Below, one piece after another: positions 9,559 to 19,381 of a stretch of 64,000 bases of DNA. The translations under genes were made by a program, and so were the position numbers. The DNA is from an uncultured Erwinia sp. (GTDB lineage: Bacteria > Pseudomonadota > Gammaproteobacteria > Enterobacterales > Enterobacteriaceae), in the NCBI GenBank assembly GCA_945290265.1, contig CALYQW010000008.1, positions 3,494-67,493 of the forward strand, read 5' to 3'. Numbering within the stretch: position 1 is the stretch's first letter; each line of letters opens with the position of its first letter. The notes beneath the pieces were generated by a model. The model was not told the DNA's origin and did no database searches. It saw nothing but the letters and a program-made list of their open reading frames with translations.

Positions 9559-10019
9559 CAGTAAAAGCCAAGCTCCTGACTTTGTTCCGCCAGCTCGCGC
9601 AGTGCCTGCGTACTTTCTTTATCACGCTGATCTTTGTATTTCATCAGGTCTGCGAAAAGAACGCGGCGATGACGGCCAGTTTTATGGAAAGGCAGCTTGC
9701 CTTCCTCCAGAAGTTTCACCATATGCGGGCGAGAAACATTCAGGATGTTGGCAGCTTCCTGTGTCGTTAATTCGGCATGCACGGGCACAACCTGAACGGC
9801 GTTTCCCGCAGCCAGTTCACCCAGGATACTCATCAGCAGCATCAGTGAAGATGTTGGCAGCTCTATTTGATGAGTGACATCCTGAGCATCCTGAATCGCA
9901 ATTTTCTGTGTTTCCAGCCGGGTAGACAGGAATGTAGCAAGATCCCTTTGCCCACGTTGAGCTGTCTCAATCTCCCTGGGAGCCGGTAATGTAAGGCTGT
10001 TCAGAAGTGAGTTTGTCAT
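9558..10019 (-). CDS. Excisionase/MerR-type HTH DNA-binding protein, putative antitoxin of the PIN toxin
   Basis: 153-aa ORF. C-terminal HTH_17-like text: TTQEAANILNVSRPHMVKLLEEGKLPFHKTGRHRRVLFADLMKY. It is 4-nt coupled to the downstream PIN gene. Confidence 0.7.
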   Translation of the reverse strand: MTNSLLNSLTLPAPREIETAQRGQRDLATFLSTRLETQKIAIQDAQDVTHQIELPTSSLMLLMSILGELAAGNAVQVVPVHAELTTQEAANILNVSRPHMVKLLEEGKLPFHKTGRHRRVLFADLMKYKDQRDKESTQALRELAEQSQELGFY

Positions 10020-10346
10020 TTCAGTATTCCAGTTAGTGTCGGGAGTCAGTTTTATGTTTATGCGGTGACGATTTTAAGTTTTTCGTATGTCAATTTTACG
10101 GTTGGCGGTGATTAAAAATAATACTGAATATCACTGTAATCGAAACAATCTGAAATAGCAATAAACGAAACAAACGAAAATTCACACAGAGAATTTGTGT
10201 ACTATGAAGAGTCATATCAGGTGATGGTCAGGAAGAAATATTCTTTTTTCCGCTCAGAAGCTGCCTGTTGTTTGGCCTGGCGACCTTTCGAGTCCAGTTC
10301 CCGACTATGCTGGTAAATGGTATGCATAACCTTATGAATAAAAGGT

Positions 10347-10451
10347 AAAAAAAAGCACTATCCTCATCAGGAAAGTGCCTTTTTTAGAATCAATCGGGTT
10401 TGAACGATCAGTTCATGCCGTACTTTTTCAGTTTCTTACGCAGCGTACCAC
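10347..10451. repeat. Displaced copy of the fis 3' end plus terminator (left direct repeat of the islet)
   Basis: 10347..10451 aligns base-for-base with 12957..13061. Only about 5 differences occur: A/G in the hairpin loop, a one-T length difference, caatcgg versus cagtcag, and stop codon TGA versus TAA. On the minus strand it still encodes ..[13 protein letters not shown]-stop. Identity ends exactly at gtaccac. Confidence 0.9.
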
Positions 10452-10906
10452 TGCATCAGCAGTATCTGTCATCCAGTAAACAGGTACGAAACTGGCGACA
10501 TTTCCTCGCACTGTTGGCGGCGATTGCAGTACTGCTCATTTTGACTCCACAAAAGGGGTGGCGTTATCCTGTTTTTCCAACGCCAGACTATGGAAACAGT
10601 GTTCACGATGTTCCGGGTACCTGTGAGGTCAGCATTTACTATGACTGCCACCATCATACCAGACATTAGCTGCGCGCTAGTGTCTCTTTTAAAATATACG
10701 TTAGTTTCTCAGGCAATCGCTGCATGCGGGGTAGCCTGATATGGCCTGTTATTAAAGCGGCGGCTAAAATCGTAGGTGTAGCCGAATTTATTTTTGAGAG
10801 GGATTGAAAGAGTAAAATTTAGCCGCATATAAAGCATGGTTATTACGCAAAAGGATTCATCATGGCTGGTCAATTAGATGTAGCAGCGAAGCAGATTTTG
10901 TGAACG

Positions 10907-11551
10907 TTGTTAGCCGATTTTAGCGATAGAGGATTGACTGCTAAAGATTTAAAATCTGGCTATGAAGGCCCAAAAATTGAAGCTTTAGCAGTAGCGGTAT
11001 GCAATGTTGCAGATATTACAACGGTTGATTACGATGTGGCTTTTTCCGATCTCGAAAAGAGCAGTTTGATTAGAACTGGCCCTATGGCAATGTATGATAA
11101 CGATAGAAACAGCTCTGTTATTATCATTGCATCATATAGTAAACGTGAATATGTTTTTTTAACTGAAGCAGGTTATAAAGAATCCAGGAAGGTACCGAAT
11201 CGTCCACAGAAAATTCAACGTGTAGTCAATAATTTAACTATTAATGGTGGTCAGTTTGGTAATATGCAAGTCGGGCAAGGTGAGGGGATTAACCAATCGA
11301 TAGATGCTAATATCACCAGTTCTGATTCAAAGCTTATAGAAAGGTTGATTACTATCCTGGAACAACAGGGGCAGATAGTTAATGATGCTCAGCGCGCTGA
11401 TATTATTGATGTTGTTGCAGCTGCAAATGATGGTGATGGTAAAGAAGCCAAATCATTGCTGGCTAAAGTCTGTGGACCTGCATGGGAGTCAGTTCAACCA
11501 GTCATCTGGCCTATTGTCGGTGATCTTGTTAAGAAAAGTTTAGGTTTCTGA
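10907..11551 (+). CDS. Hypothetical protein (possible pseudogene: an in-frame ATG at 10862 is separated from it by TGA 10901..10903)
   Basis: 214-aa ORF that the track starts at a TTG. Upstream in the same frame the sequence reads ATG GCT GGT CAA ... ATT TTG TGA ACG TTG. The middle of the protein is Gln/Asn/Gly-rich (NNLTINGGQFGNMQVGQGEGINQS) and the C-terminus looks helical. I recognise no family. Confidence 0.5.
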   Translation: MLADFSDRGLTAKDLKSGYEGPKIEALAVAVCNVADITTVDYDVAFSDLEKSSLIRTGPMAMYDNDRNSSVIIIASYSKREYVFLTEAGYKESRKVPNRPQKIQRVVNNLTINGGQFGNMQVGQGEGINQSIDANITSSDSKLIERLITILEQQGQIVNDAQRADIIDVVAAANDGDGKEAKSLLAKVCGPAWESVQPVIWPIVGDLVKKSLGF

Positions 11552-11691
11552 TTATTTTTCTGCTCCGGAGAAAATATATGCTTACTTTATTTTCTCCGGA
11601 ACTATTAATGTCTGGATTTCTTCATGGAGGAATGAGGATTTTAAATATTCATGTGGTGCTTATAGTTGGATTTCAATTTTATCTTCGGTTT

Positions 11692-11895
11692 TTAAATGCC
11701 ATCATGCACTTTATCCGCAATCCGATAAATGAGCCAGGCAACGAGAAATCCGAGACATGAAATCAATGCAAACAGGTATTTCCACTCTGATTCTGACATG
11801 AAAATAAACCAGAAAAGAAAACCCATGGTAATCAGGTTAATGCTGTCACTGATGCCTGCAATTCCTCTGGATAAAATCACTTTCAATACTTTCAT
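11692..11895 (-). CDS. Small two-TM membrane protein, coupled to the upstream 214-aa ORF
   Basis: 67-aa ORF with two hydrophobic segments (ITMGFLFWFIFM and LFALISCLGFLVAWLIY). Its ATG overlaps the stop of ORF 11892..12536 (ATGA). Confidence 0.55.
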   Translation of the reverse strand: MKVLKVILSRGIAGISDSINLITMGFLFWFIFMSESEWKYLFALISCLGFLVAWLIYRIADKVHDGI

Positions 11896-12536
11896 GGCTG
11901 CACTCTTTGCAAAAAGTAACGTGATACCTCATCGAACATCCTGCGATTATTTTTCCAAAATAAAGTCGCTGTCTCGAATGGATGCATGCGCTTTTCCAGC
12001 AGGAAGTAGAGCAAATCCAGGTTACCCAGGTTCTTAAGATAGCAGTAAAGTTCAGGGTCACGTTGACTCAGCTCTCTTGATGTATAAATCGCCCGCGCCT
12101 GAATGGCTCCCAATGAAAGTAGCGATGAAAATGTGAAGCCTGTTAGCATTTTGGCAATCATCCGGTCGGCAAACATGGAACCGATATTACCTAATATAAT
12201 TCTGTTGGCAACCATGCTCCCTGCAAGCTTTCCGGCACTGTTAAGCCCTGCATCTCTAATTTTTGTAACATCAATCTTATCCAGATAGCGATCAATAATG
12301 ATATTGGCAATTTTCTGGAGGCTTTTACGGTTAGCAAAACCATTTTTCACCAGCCTGATGCAGCGCTCTCCATCCAGACTGTTGGCCCACCGGCTATCTG
12401 TATCAAGATAACTGTAACCGAGATAGAAAAGGTCAACAGGTAACTCAAGGGCACCATTGGCAAAAGATTTTACAAAACTGCTATTTACTTCAAGCGCATC
12501 AACCATCTGATTCGCTAAATCTTTGGCATTAATCAT
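11892..12536 (-). CDS. Hypothetical protein with an internal hydrophobic hairpin
   Basis: 214-aa ORF in the AT-rich islet. Mostly helical-looking, with a hydrophobic stretch KLAGSMVANRIILGNIGSMFADRMIAKMLTGFTFSSLLSLGAIQA. I recognise no family. Confidence 0.55.
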   Translation of the reverse strand: MINAKDLANQMVDALEVNSSFVKSFANGALELPVDLFYLGYSYLDTDSRWANSLDGERCIRLVKNGFANRKSLQKIANIIIDRYLDKIDVTKIRDAGLNSAGKLAGSMVANRIILGNIGSMFADRMIAKMLTGFTFSSLLSLGAIQARAIYTSRELSQRDPELYCYLKNLGNLDLLYFLLEKRMHPFETATLFWKNNRRMFDEVSRYFLQRVQP

Positions 12537-12956
12537 CCTGATCTTCCATGATTTATTTTCTTAGTTTAGGAATGTGGAATTTATTTTTTCCAAAAATAAC
12601 CTATATTTGAAAAATAAATTTTAATAACGGTTAGTAAAATAATCATGTGCGCGTGAAAATACAAGTCAAAATTCTGTTATGAGAAAAGAGTTGCCAGATT
12701 TTTTTATAATTCTTAGTAAAAAGCCGCTAAGTCAAATTTTTCCGATACAGATATCATCATTGATGAGAATTGAGGGGCTTTATATTCAATGTCTTTAAAG
12801 CATGAGAGTTTATAAATCATGTAAGTATAATTCTATGGATATAATTATCGATAAATCTCTTGAATATATTGATGGAATGAATTTCTTTACCTCTGCGCCA
12901 CTTCAGTTTGCCGTAAAGGGCTGCGACAGAAAACAGGCCCACTAAAATGAAGGCAA

Positions 12957-13061
12957 CAAAAAGGCACTATCCTCGTCAGGAAAGTGCCTTTTTTTAGAAT
13001 CAGTCAGGTTTGAACGATTAGTTCATGCCGTACTTTTTCAGTTTCTTACGCAGCGTACCAC
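12957..13061. repeat. Resident fis 3' end plus terminator (right direct repeat of the islet)
   Basis: Partner of 10347..10451. It includes the last 14 codons of the intact fis gene and its terminator. Confidence 0.9.
12958..12995 (-). terminator. fis rho-independent (bidirectional) terminator
   Basis: Stem GGCACT (12963..12968) pairs with AGTGCC (12983..12988). It is flanked by an A-run on one side and a T-run on the other, about 25 nt after the fis stop. Confidence 0.75.
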
Positions 13062-13314
13062 GGTTGATCCCCATCATCAGGGCCGCACGGGTCTGGTTGC
13101 CACGGGTGTATTGCATCACCATATCCAACAGAGGCTGCTCTACTTCAGCCAGTACCAGCTCATACAGGTCATTCACATCCTGACCGTTCAGTTGAGCAAA
13201 ATAGTTCTTCAATGCCTGTTTGACCGAATCACGCAGTGGCTTTTGAGTCACCTGATCCTGTGAGTTAACGGTGGAAACGGTCAGTACATCAGAATTTACG
13301 CGTTGTTCGAACAT
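13018..13314 (-). CDS. fis: DNA-binding protein Fis
   Basis: 98 aa. [98 protein letters not shown] is essentially identical to E. coli Fis. Confidence 0.99.
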
Positions 13315-13339
13315 AGTTCTGTTAGCTCTTTATTTCTGG

Positions 13340-14305
13340 TTAAGCAAGTTTTTCGAAGTATGCCTCCAACGCCTCCAGCTGTTCGCTGGCATCCTCAATG
13401 GCGTTGAATGTGCGCCGAAACTGGTCGTTTGGGGCGTGCTCCTGCAGATACCAGGAGACGTGCTTCCGGGCAATGCGGTATCCCTTGCGCTGACCATAAA
13501 AGTCATGCAACTCCCGCAGGTGTCCGATAAGCAAGCGCTTGACTTCAGCCAGTGGCATTGGTGCCAGCAGCTCCCCAGTGTCCAGATAATGCTGGATTTC
13601 CCGGAAGATCCACGGTCTTCCCTGAGCTGCACGTCCTATCATCAGGGCATCAGCCCCCGTATAGTCGAGTACAGCTCTGGCTTTATGCGGGTCAGTAATA
13701 TCTCCGTTCGCGATAATCGGAATGGAAACACTCTGCTTAACTGCCCGAATGCTGTCGTATTCAGCTTCGCCGTTGAACAGACAGGCGCGGGTGCGTCCGT
13801 GAATGGTCAGGGCCTGAATACCGCAACCTTCAGCCAGTTGGGCAATCTTAATACAGTTACGGTTGTCAGTATCCCAGCCGGTGCGAATCTTCAGCGTCAC
13901 AGGCACATCGACTGCATTAACTACCGCCGAGAGGATAGATTGTACCAACCCGGGATATTGCAGCAGTGCCGAACCTGCCATTTTACGATTCACTTTCTTG
14001 GCCGGGCACCCCATATTAATATCGATAACCTGCGCGCCCGATGCGGCATTAATGCGCGCGGCGGCGGCCATGTCCTCAGGGTCACAACCTGCAATTTGCA
14101 CGGTGCGAATACCAGGTTCATCACTGAATACCATGCGCAGGCGCGACTTATCGCTGGCCCAGACTTCCGGGTTTGACGACAGCATCTCGGAAACCGTCAT
14201 TCCGGCACCCATCTGATAGCACAGTGCGCGGAACGGCCTGTCGGTAATACCGGCCATTGGCGCTGCAATCAGACGGTTTCTGAGCTGGTGATTTCCTATG
14301 CGCAT
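13340..14305 (-). CDS. dusB: tRNA-dihydrouridine synthase B
   Basis: From ORF 13340..14377. The conserved start [26 protein letters not shown] is at ATG 14305. The protein is near-identical to E. coli DusB throughout and lies upstream of fis as in the dusB-fis operon. Confidence 0.97.
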   Translation of the reverse strand: MRIGNHQLRNRLIAAPMAGITDRPFRALCYQMGAGMTVSEMLSSNPEVWASDKSRLRMVFSDEPGIRTVQIAGCDPEDMAAAARINAASGAQVIDINMGCPAKKVNRKMAGSALLQYPGLVQSILSAVVNAVDVPVTLKIRTGWDTDNRNCIKIAQLAEGCGIQALTIHGRTRACLFNGEAEYDSIRAVKQSVSIPIIANGDITDPHKARAVLDYTGADALMIGRAAQGRPWIFREIQHYLDTGELLAPMPLAEVKRLLIGHLRELHDFYGQRKGYRIARKHVSWYLQEHAPNDQFRRTFNAIEDASEQLEALEAYFEKLA

Positions 14306-14748
14306 GAAAAAAAGTGACCATTGTGTATCCGCAAGGCGGCGTATATTACGCATTTTTTCAGGAAGATGAAAGGCCAAACTTTGAACAATTCATCATCAGG
14401 GTGCCTTACCCCCCCTGCTTAAGGTCAGTCTTTGATTTAAAACCATTTTAAAACAGCAGATTAAAAAAATAATGCGTAATGAAGGTTAACGATTTTTCTT
14501 TTTTTATGACCTGAAAAACAACATAAATTGCGCCGCTTTGGTTGATATTCAGGATATGTGACCGGTATAAACCTGCCCCACCAGGTTATTTAATGCGTTA
14601 TTTTGAACCAGGGCAGTGCTCAGAATCCTCACGTACTTCGTGTACGCTGCGGTTTCTGCGCGCTGTCCGTGTTCAAACTAACTTCAACAATCACACCTGA
14701 TGGGACAGGCTCTGAATCTTGTTCACAGCCGATTTAACCGATAAAAAC

Positions 14749-15636
14749 TTAAGCCTGCTGACGAACGCCGGTAATCCGGCACCATTCCTCTTTCTCTGCC
14801 ACCGGATCGAGCAGGAAGCGGTCGCGATAAGCTTCACAGACGCTTTCCGCCTGGCTTGCCAGTACGCCGGATAAGCCCAGATGGCCGCCACTTTTAGGCA
14901 GCACGCTAATCAGCGGTGCCAGTTCACGCAGCGGACCGGCCAGAATGTTGGCTACCACCACATCCGCCTGCAGGTTTTCCGGCTGTTGGTGAGGTAAATA
15001 AAGAGACAGCCGTTCAGACACGCCATTGCGTTCGGCGTTATCCCGGCTGGCCTGGATCGCCTGCGGATCGATATCAATACCAATCGCCTGCGCAGCACCC
15101 AGCTTCAGGGCAGCAATCGCCAGGATACCGGAACCGCAGCCAAAATCGATCACGGTTTTACCGGTCAGATCGAGGCCGTCAAGCCAGGTCAGACAGAGCG
15201 AGGTGGTCGGATGGGTACCGGTACCAAACGCCAGGCCAGGATCGAGCATCACGTTTACCGCATCCGGGTCGGGCACATCGCGCCAGCTTGGACAGATCCA
15301 TAAGCGTTTGCCGAACTGCATCGGGTGGAAGTTTTCCATCCACTCGCGTTCCCAGTCCTTATCTTCCAGCTGTTCGATTTTATGGTGGAAGCCGTTACCG
15401 AGCAGGGGATGTGGCTCCAGACCGGCAATCACCTGCTGCATATCGGTTTCGGCATCAAACAGACCGATGACATCGGTATCGCCCCACAGGCGGGTTTCGC
15501 CAGGTAACGGCTCAAACACCGGATTATCGTGGGTATCCTGGAAGGTGACGGAGACGGCACCGTTCTCAATCAGCGCATCGCCCAGCTCTTCAGCCTGAGC
15601 GCCGGTGGTATTAATCTTTATTTGTATCCAGGGCAT
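14749..15636 (-). CDS. prmA: Ribosomal protein L11 methyltransferase
   Basis: 295 aa. Contains [12 protein letters not shown] and a SAM-binding motif [15 protein letters not shown]. Synteny with panF supports the call. Confidence 0.96.
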   Translation of the reverse strand: MPWIQIKINTTGAQAEELGDALIENGAVSVTFQDTHDNPVFEPLPGETRLWGDTDVIGLFDAETDMQQVIAGLEPHPLLGNGFHHKIEQLEDKDWEREWMENFHPMQFGKRLWICPSWRDVPDPDAVNVMLDPGLAFGTGTHPTTSLCLTWLDGLDLTGKTVIDFGCGSGILAIAALKLGAAQAIGIDIDPQAIQASRDNAERNGVSERLSLYLPHQQPENLQADVVVANILAGPLRELAPLISVLPKSGGHLGLSGVLASQAESVCEAYRDRFLLDPVAEKEEWCRITGVRQQA

Positions 15637-15646
15637 AGCAATTCTC

Positions 15647-17104
15647 TTAATCAGTCACAACGTTGGTGGCATCTTCCGCGCTGTGCGCAGGACGCCCAAA
15701 GCGGTTGCCAATAATAAAGGCCAGCAGGCTGAGCAGCAGCGACGGCACAATCGGATGAAAGCCGGCTGGCTGCAGATGCAGACTGGCCAGCAGCGTGTAG
15801 CAGGCCGCACCGCCGCACATGGCGCTGAGCGCACCCGCCGCATTGGCTTTTTCCCAGTACAACCCCAGCACCAGCGGCCAGAGAAACACCGCTTCCAGCC
15901 CGCCAAAAGCCAGCAGATTCAGCCAGATTATCATATCCGGCGGATTCCAGGCGGCCAGCAGCAGGAGTAAGCCCAGTATCAGGGTCACCAGCCGGGTCAG
16001 GCGCTTGAGCAGCCGTTCATTATTCTGCTGCTGCGGCCGCAGGCGCAGAAACAGATCTTTGACAATGGTGGCAGAGGACTGCAACAGCTGCGCGTTAATG
16101 GTCGACATAATGGCCGCCATCGGCGCGGCCAGGAAGATCCCCGCCGCCAGCGGCGGCAGCACTTTGATCATCAGCGCAGGGATCACCTGGTCGGGGATCG
16201 CCAGATCGGGGATCACTGCCCGTCCCAGCGCTCCGGCAAGGTGCATTCCCAGCATCAGTACCGCCACCACTATGCTGCCCAGCAGGATAGCCATATGCAC
16301 CGCTTTGCTGTCTTTATAGGAAATGCAGCGCACGGCGGTGTGGGGCAGACCAATCACCCCAAAGCACACCAGTACCGAAAACGAGGCCAGAAAGGTGGGG
16401 GTAATAATATCGCCGACCCCGGTGGGAGAAAGCAGTTGGGGATCGATCTGCTGCAGACGCTCAACCGCGCTGTGCATCCCGCCTGCGGCGTGGATCACCG
16501 CAAACAGCAGCAGAAAGGTCCCCGCCAGCATTACGATCCCCTGCATGGCATCATTCAGCACGCTGGCACGAAAGCCGCCAAACGCGGTATAGAGCGCAAT
16601 GGTACCGCCAAATATCAGCAGCCCCTGGCCGTAGGGGATCCCGGCGGCGGTTTCCAGCAGGCGCGCCCCGCCGATAAACTGCACCGTCATGGCGGCAATA
16701 AAGGCAATCAGCAGGGTCAGGCTGGCCAGCCATACCAGCAGCGGGCTTTGATAACGGGCAAACAGCATGTCATTCAGGGTAACGGCCTGATAGCGACGGG
16801 CGAGGATAGCAAATTTTTTCCCCAGCACCCCCAGCGACAGCCATACCGCCGGTACCTGCACCATCGACAGCAGCACCCAGCCCAGGCCGTATTTATAGGC
16901 GGCACCCGGGCCACCGATAAATGAGCTGGCGCTAATATAGGTGGTGGTCAGCGTCATGGCCAGCACAAAGCCGCCCATCGAGCGGCTGCCGAGAAAATAC
17001 TCGGTAAGGAAATTACCGCTGTGGCGCTTGCGCATCGCAAAGACCGATAAGCCCGCCACCAGCAGCAGATAGCCAATCAGAGGCAGAATAATTTCAGCGG
17101 TCAT
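15647..17104 (-). CDS. panF: Sodium/pantothenate symporter
   Basis: From ORF 15647..17116. Long identity runs to E. coli PanF ([41 protein letters not shown]). ATG 17104 (MTAEIILPL) overlaps the yhdT stop, as in E. coli. Confidence 0.96.
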   Translation of the reverse strand: MTAEIILPLIGYLLLVAGLSVFAMRKRHSGNFLTEYFLGSRSMGGFVLAMTLTTTYISASSFIGGPGAAYKYGLGWVLLSMVQVPAVWLSLGVLGKKFAILARRYQAVTLNDMLFARYQSPLLVWLASLTLLIAFIAAMTVQFIGGARLLETAAGIPYGQGLLIFGGTIALYTAFGGFRASVLNDAMQGIVMLAGTFLLLFAVIHAAGGMHSAVERLQQIDPQLLSPTGVGDIITPTFLASFSVLVCFGVIGLPHTAVRCISYKDSKAVHMAILLGSIVVAVLMLGMHLAGALGRAVIPDLAIPDQVIPALMIKVLPPLAAGIFLAAPMAAIMSTINAQLLQSSATIVKDLFLRLRPQQQNNERLLKRLTRLVTLILGLLLLLAAWNPPDMIIWLNLLAFGGLEAVFLWPLVLGLYWEKANAAGALSAMCGGAACYTLLASLHLQPAGFHPIVPSLLLSLLAFIIGNRFGRPAHSAEDATNVVTD

Positions 17105-17336
17105 GATCGTCCTCAAGGGGGATATCGCGGAAGATAATACGCACCATCAGCCAGCAGAAAATAATAAATATCAGCGGTACCAGCAGGCAGGCGAATTCAA
17201 ACCAGTGGGGCAGGCCGCTCGAGCCGGGAGCACTGTCAGGCAGCCAGGCACCCAGCGCCCAGCAGGCGAGGTAGGCAACGGCCAGCCAGCATGACCAGCG
17301 CGCTTCTTTATTAGCCTGAAGAAAACGTTTATCCAT
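17094..17336 (-). CDS. yhdT: Small inner-membrane protein YhdT (DUF997)
   Basis: Internal ATG 17336 of ORF 17094..17477 gives an 80-aa protein (MDKRFLQANKEARW..) with 2 TMs. Conserved position between accC and panF. Confidence 0.85.
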   Translation of the reverse strand: MDKRFLQANKEARWSCWLAVAYLACWALGAWLPDSAPGSSGLPHWFEFACLLVPLIFIIFCWLMVRIIFRDIPLEDDHDR

Positions 17337-17525
17337 CGGAACCTTCTGCGGAATAAAAACAGGACGCCACCGCCGGTGATAATACCTCAACGGGGCTTCC
17401 GGTGATTTCTCATAATGAACGTAAAAGAGGAAGGTGCCCGGATCCGGGCAGATTACCAGAGAGCTGTCTGACTGCAACCGGAGGGTAACCCGCTCTGCCC
17501 TGCGGCAGAGCGGGTAGCAGGATGA

Positions 17526-18872
17526 TTAATCCTGCAGACCGAGCTTTTTCTCCAGGTAGTGGATGTTGGTTCCACCGTGCTGGAAGTTCTCGTCTGACAT
17601 GATTTTCATCTGCAGTTCAGTGTTGGTTTTGATCCCATCGATAATCAGTTCTGCCAGCGCATTTTTCATGCGGGAAATGGCGACATCGCGGTTTTCACCG
17701 TAGGTGATCAGCTTACCAATCATTGAATCGTAGTACGGTGGCACGCTGTAACCGGCATAGATATGCGATTCCCAACGCACGCCAAAACCACCTGGCGCGT
17801 GGAAGCGGGTGATCTTGCCCGGACTTGGCAGGAAAGTATTCGGATCTTCGGCGTTAATACGGCACTCGACCGCATGACCACGGATCATTACTTCTTCCTG
17901 CTTGATTGACAGCGGCTGACCGGCAGCGATACGCAGCTGCTCTTTGATCAGATCCACGCCGGTAATCATTTCGGTAACCGGATGCTCTACCTGAATACGG
18001 GTGTTCATCTCGATAAAGTAGAACTCGCCGTTTTCATACAGGAACTCGAAAGTACCTGCACCACGGTAGCCGATCTCAACACAGGCTTTGGTACAACGCT
18101 CACCGATATAGCGACGCATTTCTTCGGTGATGCCCGGGGCGGGTGCTTCTTCGACCACTTTTTGGTGACGACGCTGCATAGAACAGTCGCGTTCAGCCAG
18201 GTAAATCGCGTTGCCCTGACCATCCGCCAGTACCTGAATCTCGATGTGACGCGGATTCTCCAGATACTTTTCCATATAGACCATATCATTGTTGAAAGCG
18301 GCTTTCGCTTCAGCACGGGTCATATTGATCGACTGTTCCAGATCTTTGTCGCTGCGCACCACACGCATACCACGACCGCCGCCGCCGCCGGACGCTTTGA
18401 TGATCACCGGATAACCAATGCGTTTGGCAAAGGCACGGTTTTTATCCATATCATCCGTCAGAGGGCCATCGGAGCCTGGCACGCAGGGAACACCGGCTTT
18501 CTTCATCGCGTTGATAGCGGACACTTTATCGCCCATCAGACGGATGGTGTCGGCTTTGGGACCGATAAAGATAAAGCCGGAGCGCTCAACCTGCTCGGCG
18601 AAATCGGCGTTCTCAGACAGGAAGCCGTATCCCGGATGGATGGCTACCGCCCCGGTGATTTCAGCTGCTGAAATCAGCGCCGGAATATTCAGATAACTTT
18701 TCACTGACTGAGCCGGACCGATGCAGACGGTTTCGTCTGCCAGCAGCACGTGCTTCAGATCACGATCGGCGGTGGAATGCACGGCTACGGTCTTAATGCC
18801 CAACTCTTTACAGGCACGCAGAATGCGCAGCGCGATTTCACCACGGTTTGCAATTACAATTTTATCCAGCAT
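17526..18872 (-). CDS. accC: Acetyl-CoA carboxylase, biotin carboxylase subunit
   Basis: 448 aa. [33 protein letters not shown] and the rest are near-identical to E. coli AccC. Confidence 0.99.
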   Translation of the reverse strand: MLDKIVIANRGEIALRILRACKELGIKTVAVHSTADRDLKHVLLADETVCIGPAQSVKSYLNIPALISAAEITGAVAIHPGYGFLSENADFAEQVERSGFIFIGPKADTIRLMGDKVSAINAMKKAGVPCVPGSDGPLTDDMDKNRAFAKRIGYPVIIKASGGGGGRGMRVVRSDKDLEQSINMTRAEAKAAFNNDMVYMEKYLENPRHIEIQVLADGQGNAIYLAERDCSMQRRHQKVVEEAPAPGITEEMRRYIGERCTKACVEIGYRGAGTFEFLYENGEFYFIEMNTRIQVEHPVTEMITGVDLIKEQLRIAAGQPLSIKQEEVMIRGHAVECRINAEDPNTFLPSPGKITRFHAPGGFGVRWESHIYAGYSVPPYYDSMIGKLITYGENRDVAISRMKNALAELIIDGIKTNTELQMKIMSDENFQHGGTNIHYLEKKLGLQD

Positions 18873-18883
18873 GGCTTGCCTCG

Positions 18884-19360
18884 TTATTCGATGACGACCA
18901 GCGGCTCGTCGAATTCAACAGGCTGACCGCTTTCTACCAGGATCGCTTTTACCACGCCGGATTTATCGGCTTCAATCTGGTTCATCATTTTCATCGCTTC
19001 AACGATGCACAGAGTGTCACCGGCGTTCACTTTCTGACCGACTTCAACAAAGGCTTTCGCGTCCGGGCTTGGCGTGCGGTAGAAAGTACCCACCATCGGT
19101 GAGCGCACTACGTGACCGCTGATTTCATTTGCGGCTGCCGGCGCTTCAGCGGCTGCCGCAGGGGCAACCGCGGCGGCCAGAGCCGGCTGCTGTGGCTGTT
19201 GCATCATTGGTGCCGCGTAAGCCTGCTGCATCATTGGGTAGCCGACATTGGCCGGAGAACGACTGATACGTACTGACTCTTCGCCTTCTGAAATTTCCAG
19301 TTCCGCGATACCGGATTCTTCAACCAGTTCGATCAGTTTTTTAATCTTACGAATATCCAT
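18884..19360 (-). CDS. accB: Acetyl-CoA carboxylase, biotin carboxyl carrier protein
   Basis: 158 aa. Has [18 protein letters not shown], an Ala/Pro linker, and the biotinylation motif [10 protein letters not shown]. Confidence 0.98.
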   Translation of the reverse strand: MDIRKIKKLIELVEESGIAELEISEGEESVRISRSPANVGYPMMQQAYAAPMMQQPQQPALAAAVAPAAAAEAPAAANEISGHVVRSPMVGTFYRTPSPDAKAFVEVGQKVNAGDTLCIVEAMKMMNQIEADKSGVVKAILVESGQPVEFDEPLVVIE

Positions 19361-19381
19361 GAATGGGGTTCCGTACTCTGT

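Larger units (their letters stand above)
10452..12956. mobile_element. Integrase-less AT-rich genomic islet inserted into the 3' end of fis
   Basis: Bounded by the ~105-bp direct repeats above. Composition is visibly more AT-rich than the flanks. It carries 3 ORFs that I cannot assign to a family, and no recombinase ORF in any frame. Confidence 0.7.

Noticed and set aside
10400-10669. 89-aa + strand ORF and the 65-aa antisense ORF 10469..10666 at the left edge of the fis islet.
   Set aside because: The + ORF begins inside the duplicated fis 3' fragment, on the wrong strand of it. Neither ORF has a Shine-Dalgarno or family resemblance. I also checked all frames here for tyrosine-recombinase motifs (R..HxxR..Y) and found none.
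13271-14176. 301-aa + strand ORF, plus similar long ORFs at 16241..16924, 17982..18671, 31430..31924, 34075..34701, 34771..35433, 53916..54473, 54561..55082, 56131..56652 and 59105..59644.
   Set aside because: All lie antisense to, or out of frame within, strongly conserved genes (dusB, panF, accC, yhdP, tldD, the CysJ-like and GltB-like genes). Their translations are Arg/Pro/Gly-rich low-complexity text, typical of shadow ORFs in GC-rich coding DNA.
14306-14377. N-terminal extensions offered by the ORF track for dusB. The same issue affects lpxP 1505..1585, aroQ 19835..19900, yhdT 17337..17477, degS 44707..44748, zapG 46789..46836, sspA 49375..49416, tldD 33856..33900, yhdP 29999..30028, csrD 22967..22978 and the GltB-like gene 60983..61012.
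   Set aside because: In each case an internal start reproduces the conserved family N-terminus and/or has a better Shine-Dalgarno. Several of the longer versions begin at TTG or GTG.
17480-17520. Hairpin CCCGCTCTGCC-ctgc-GGCAGAGCGGG after accC, as a terminator.
   Set aside because: The stem is strong but there is no U-run on the accC strand, and yhdT-panF follow in the same orientation. It is more likely a REP-like or stability element than a terminator, so it is not listed as a feature.
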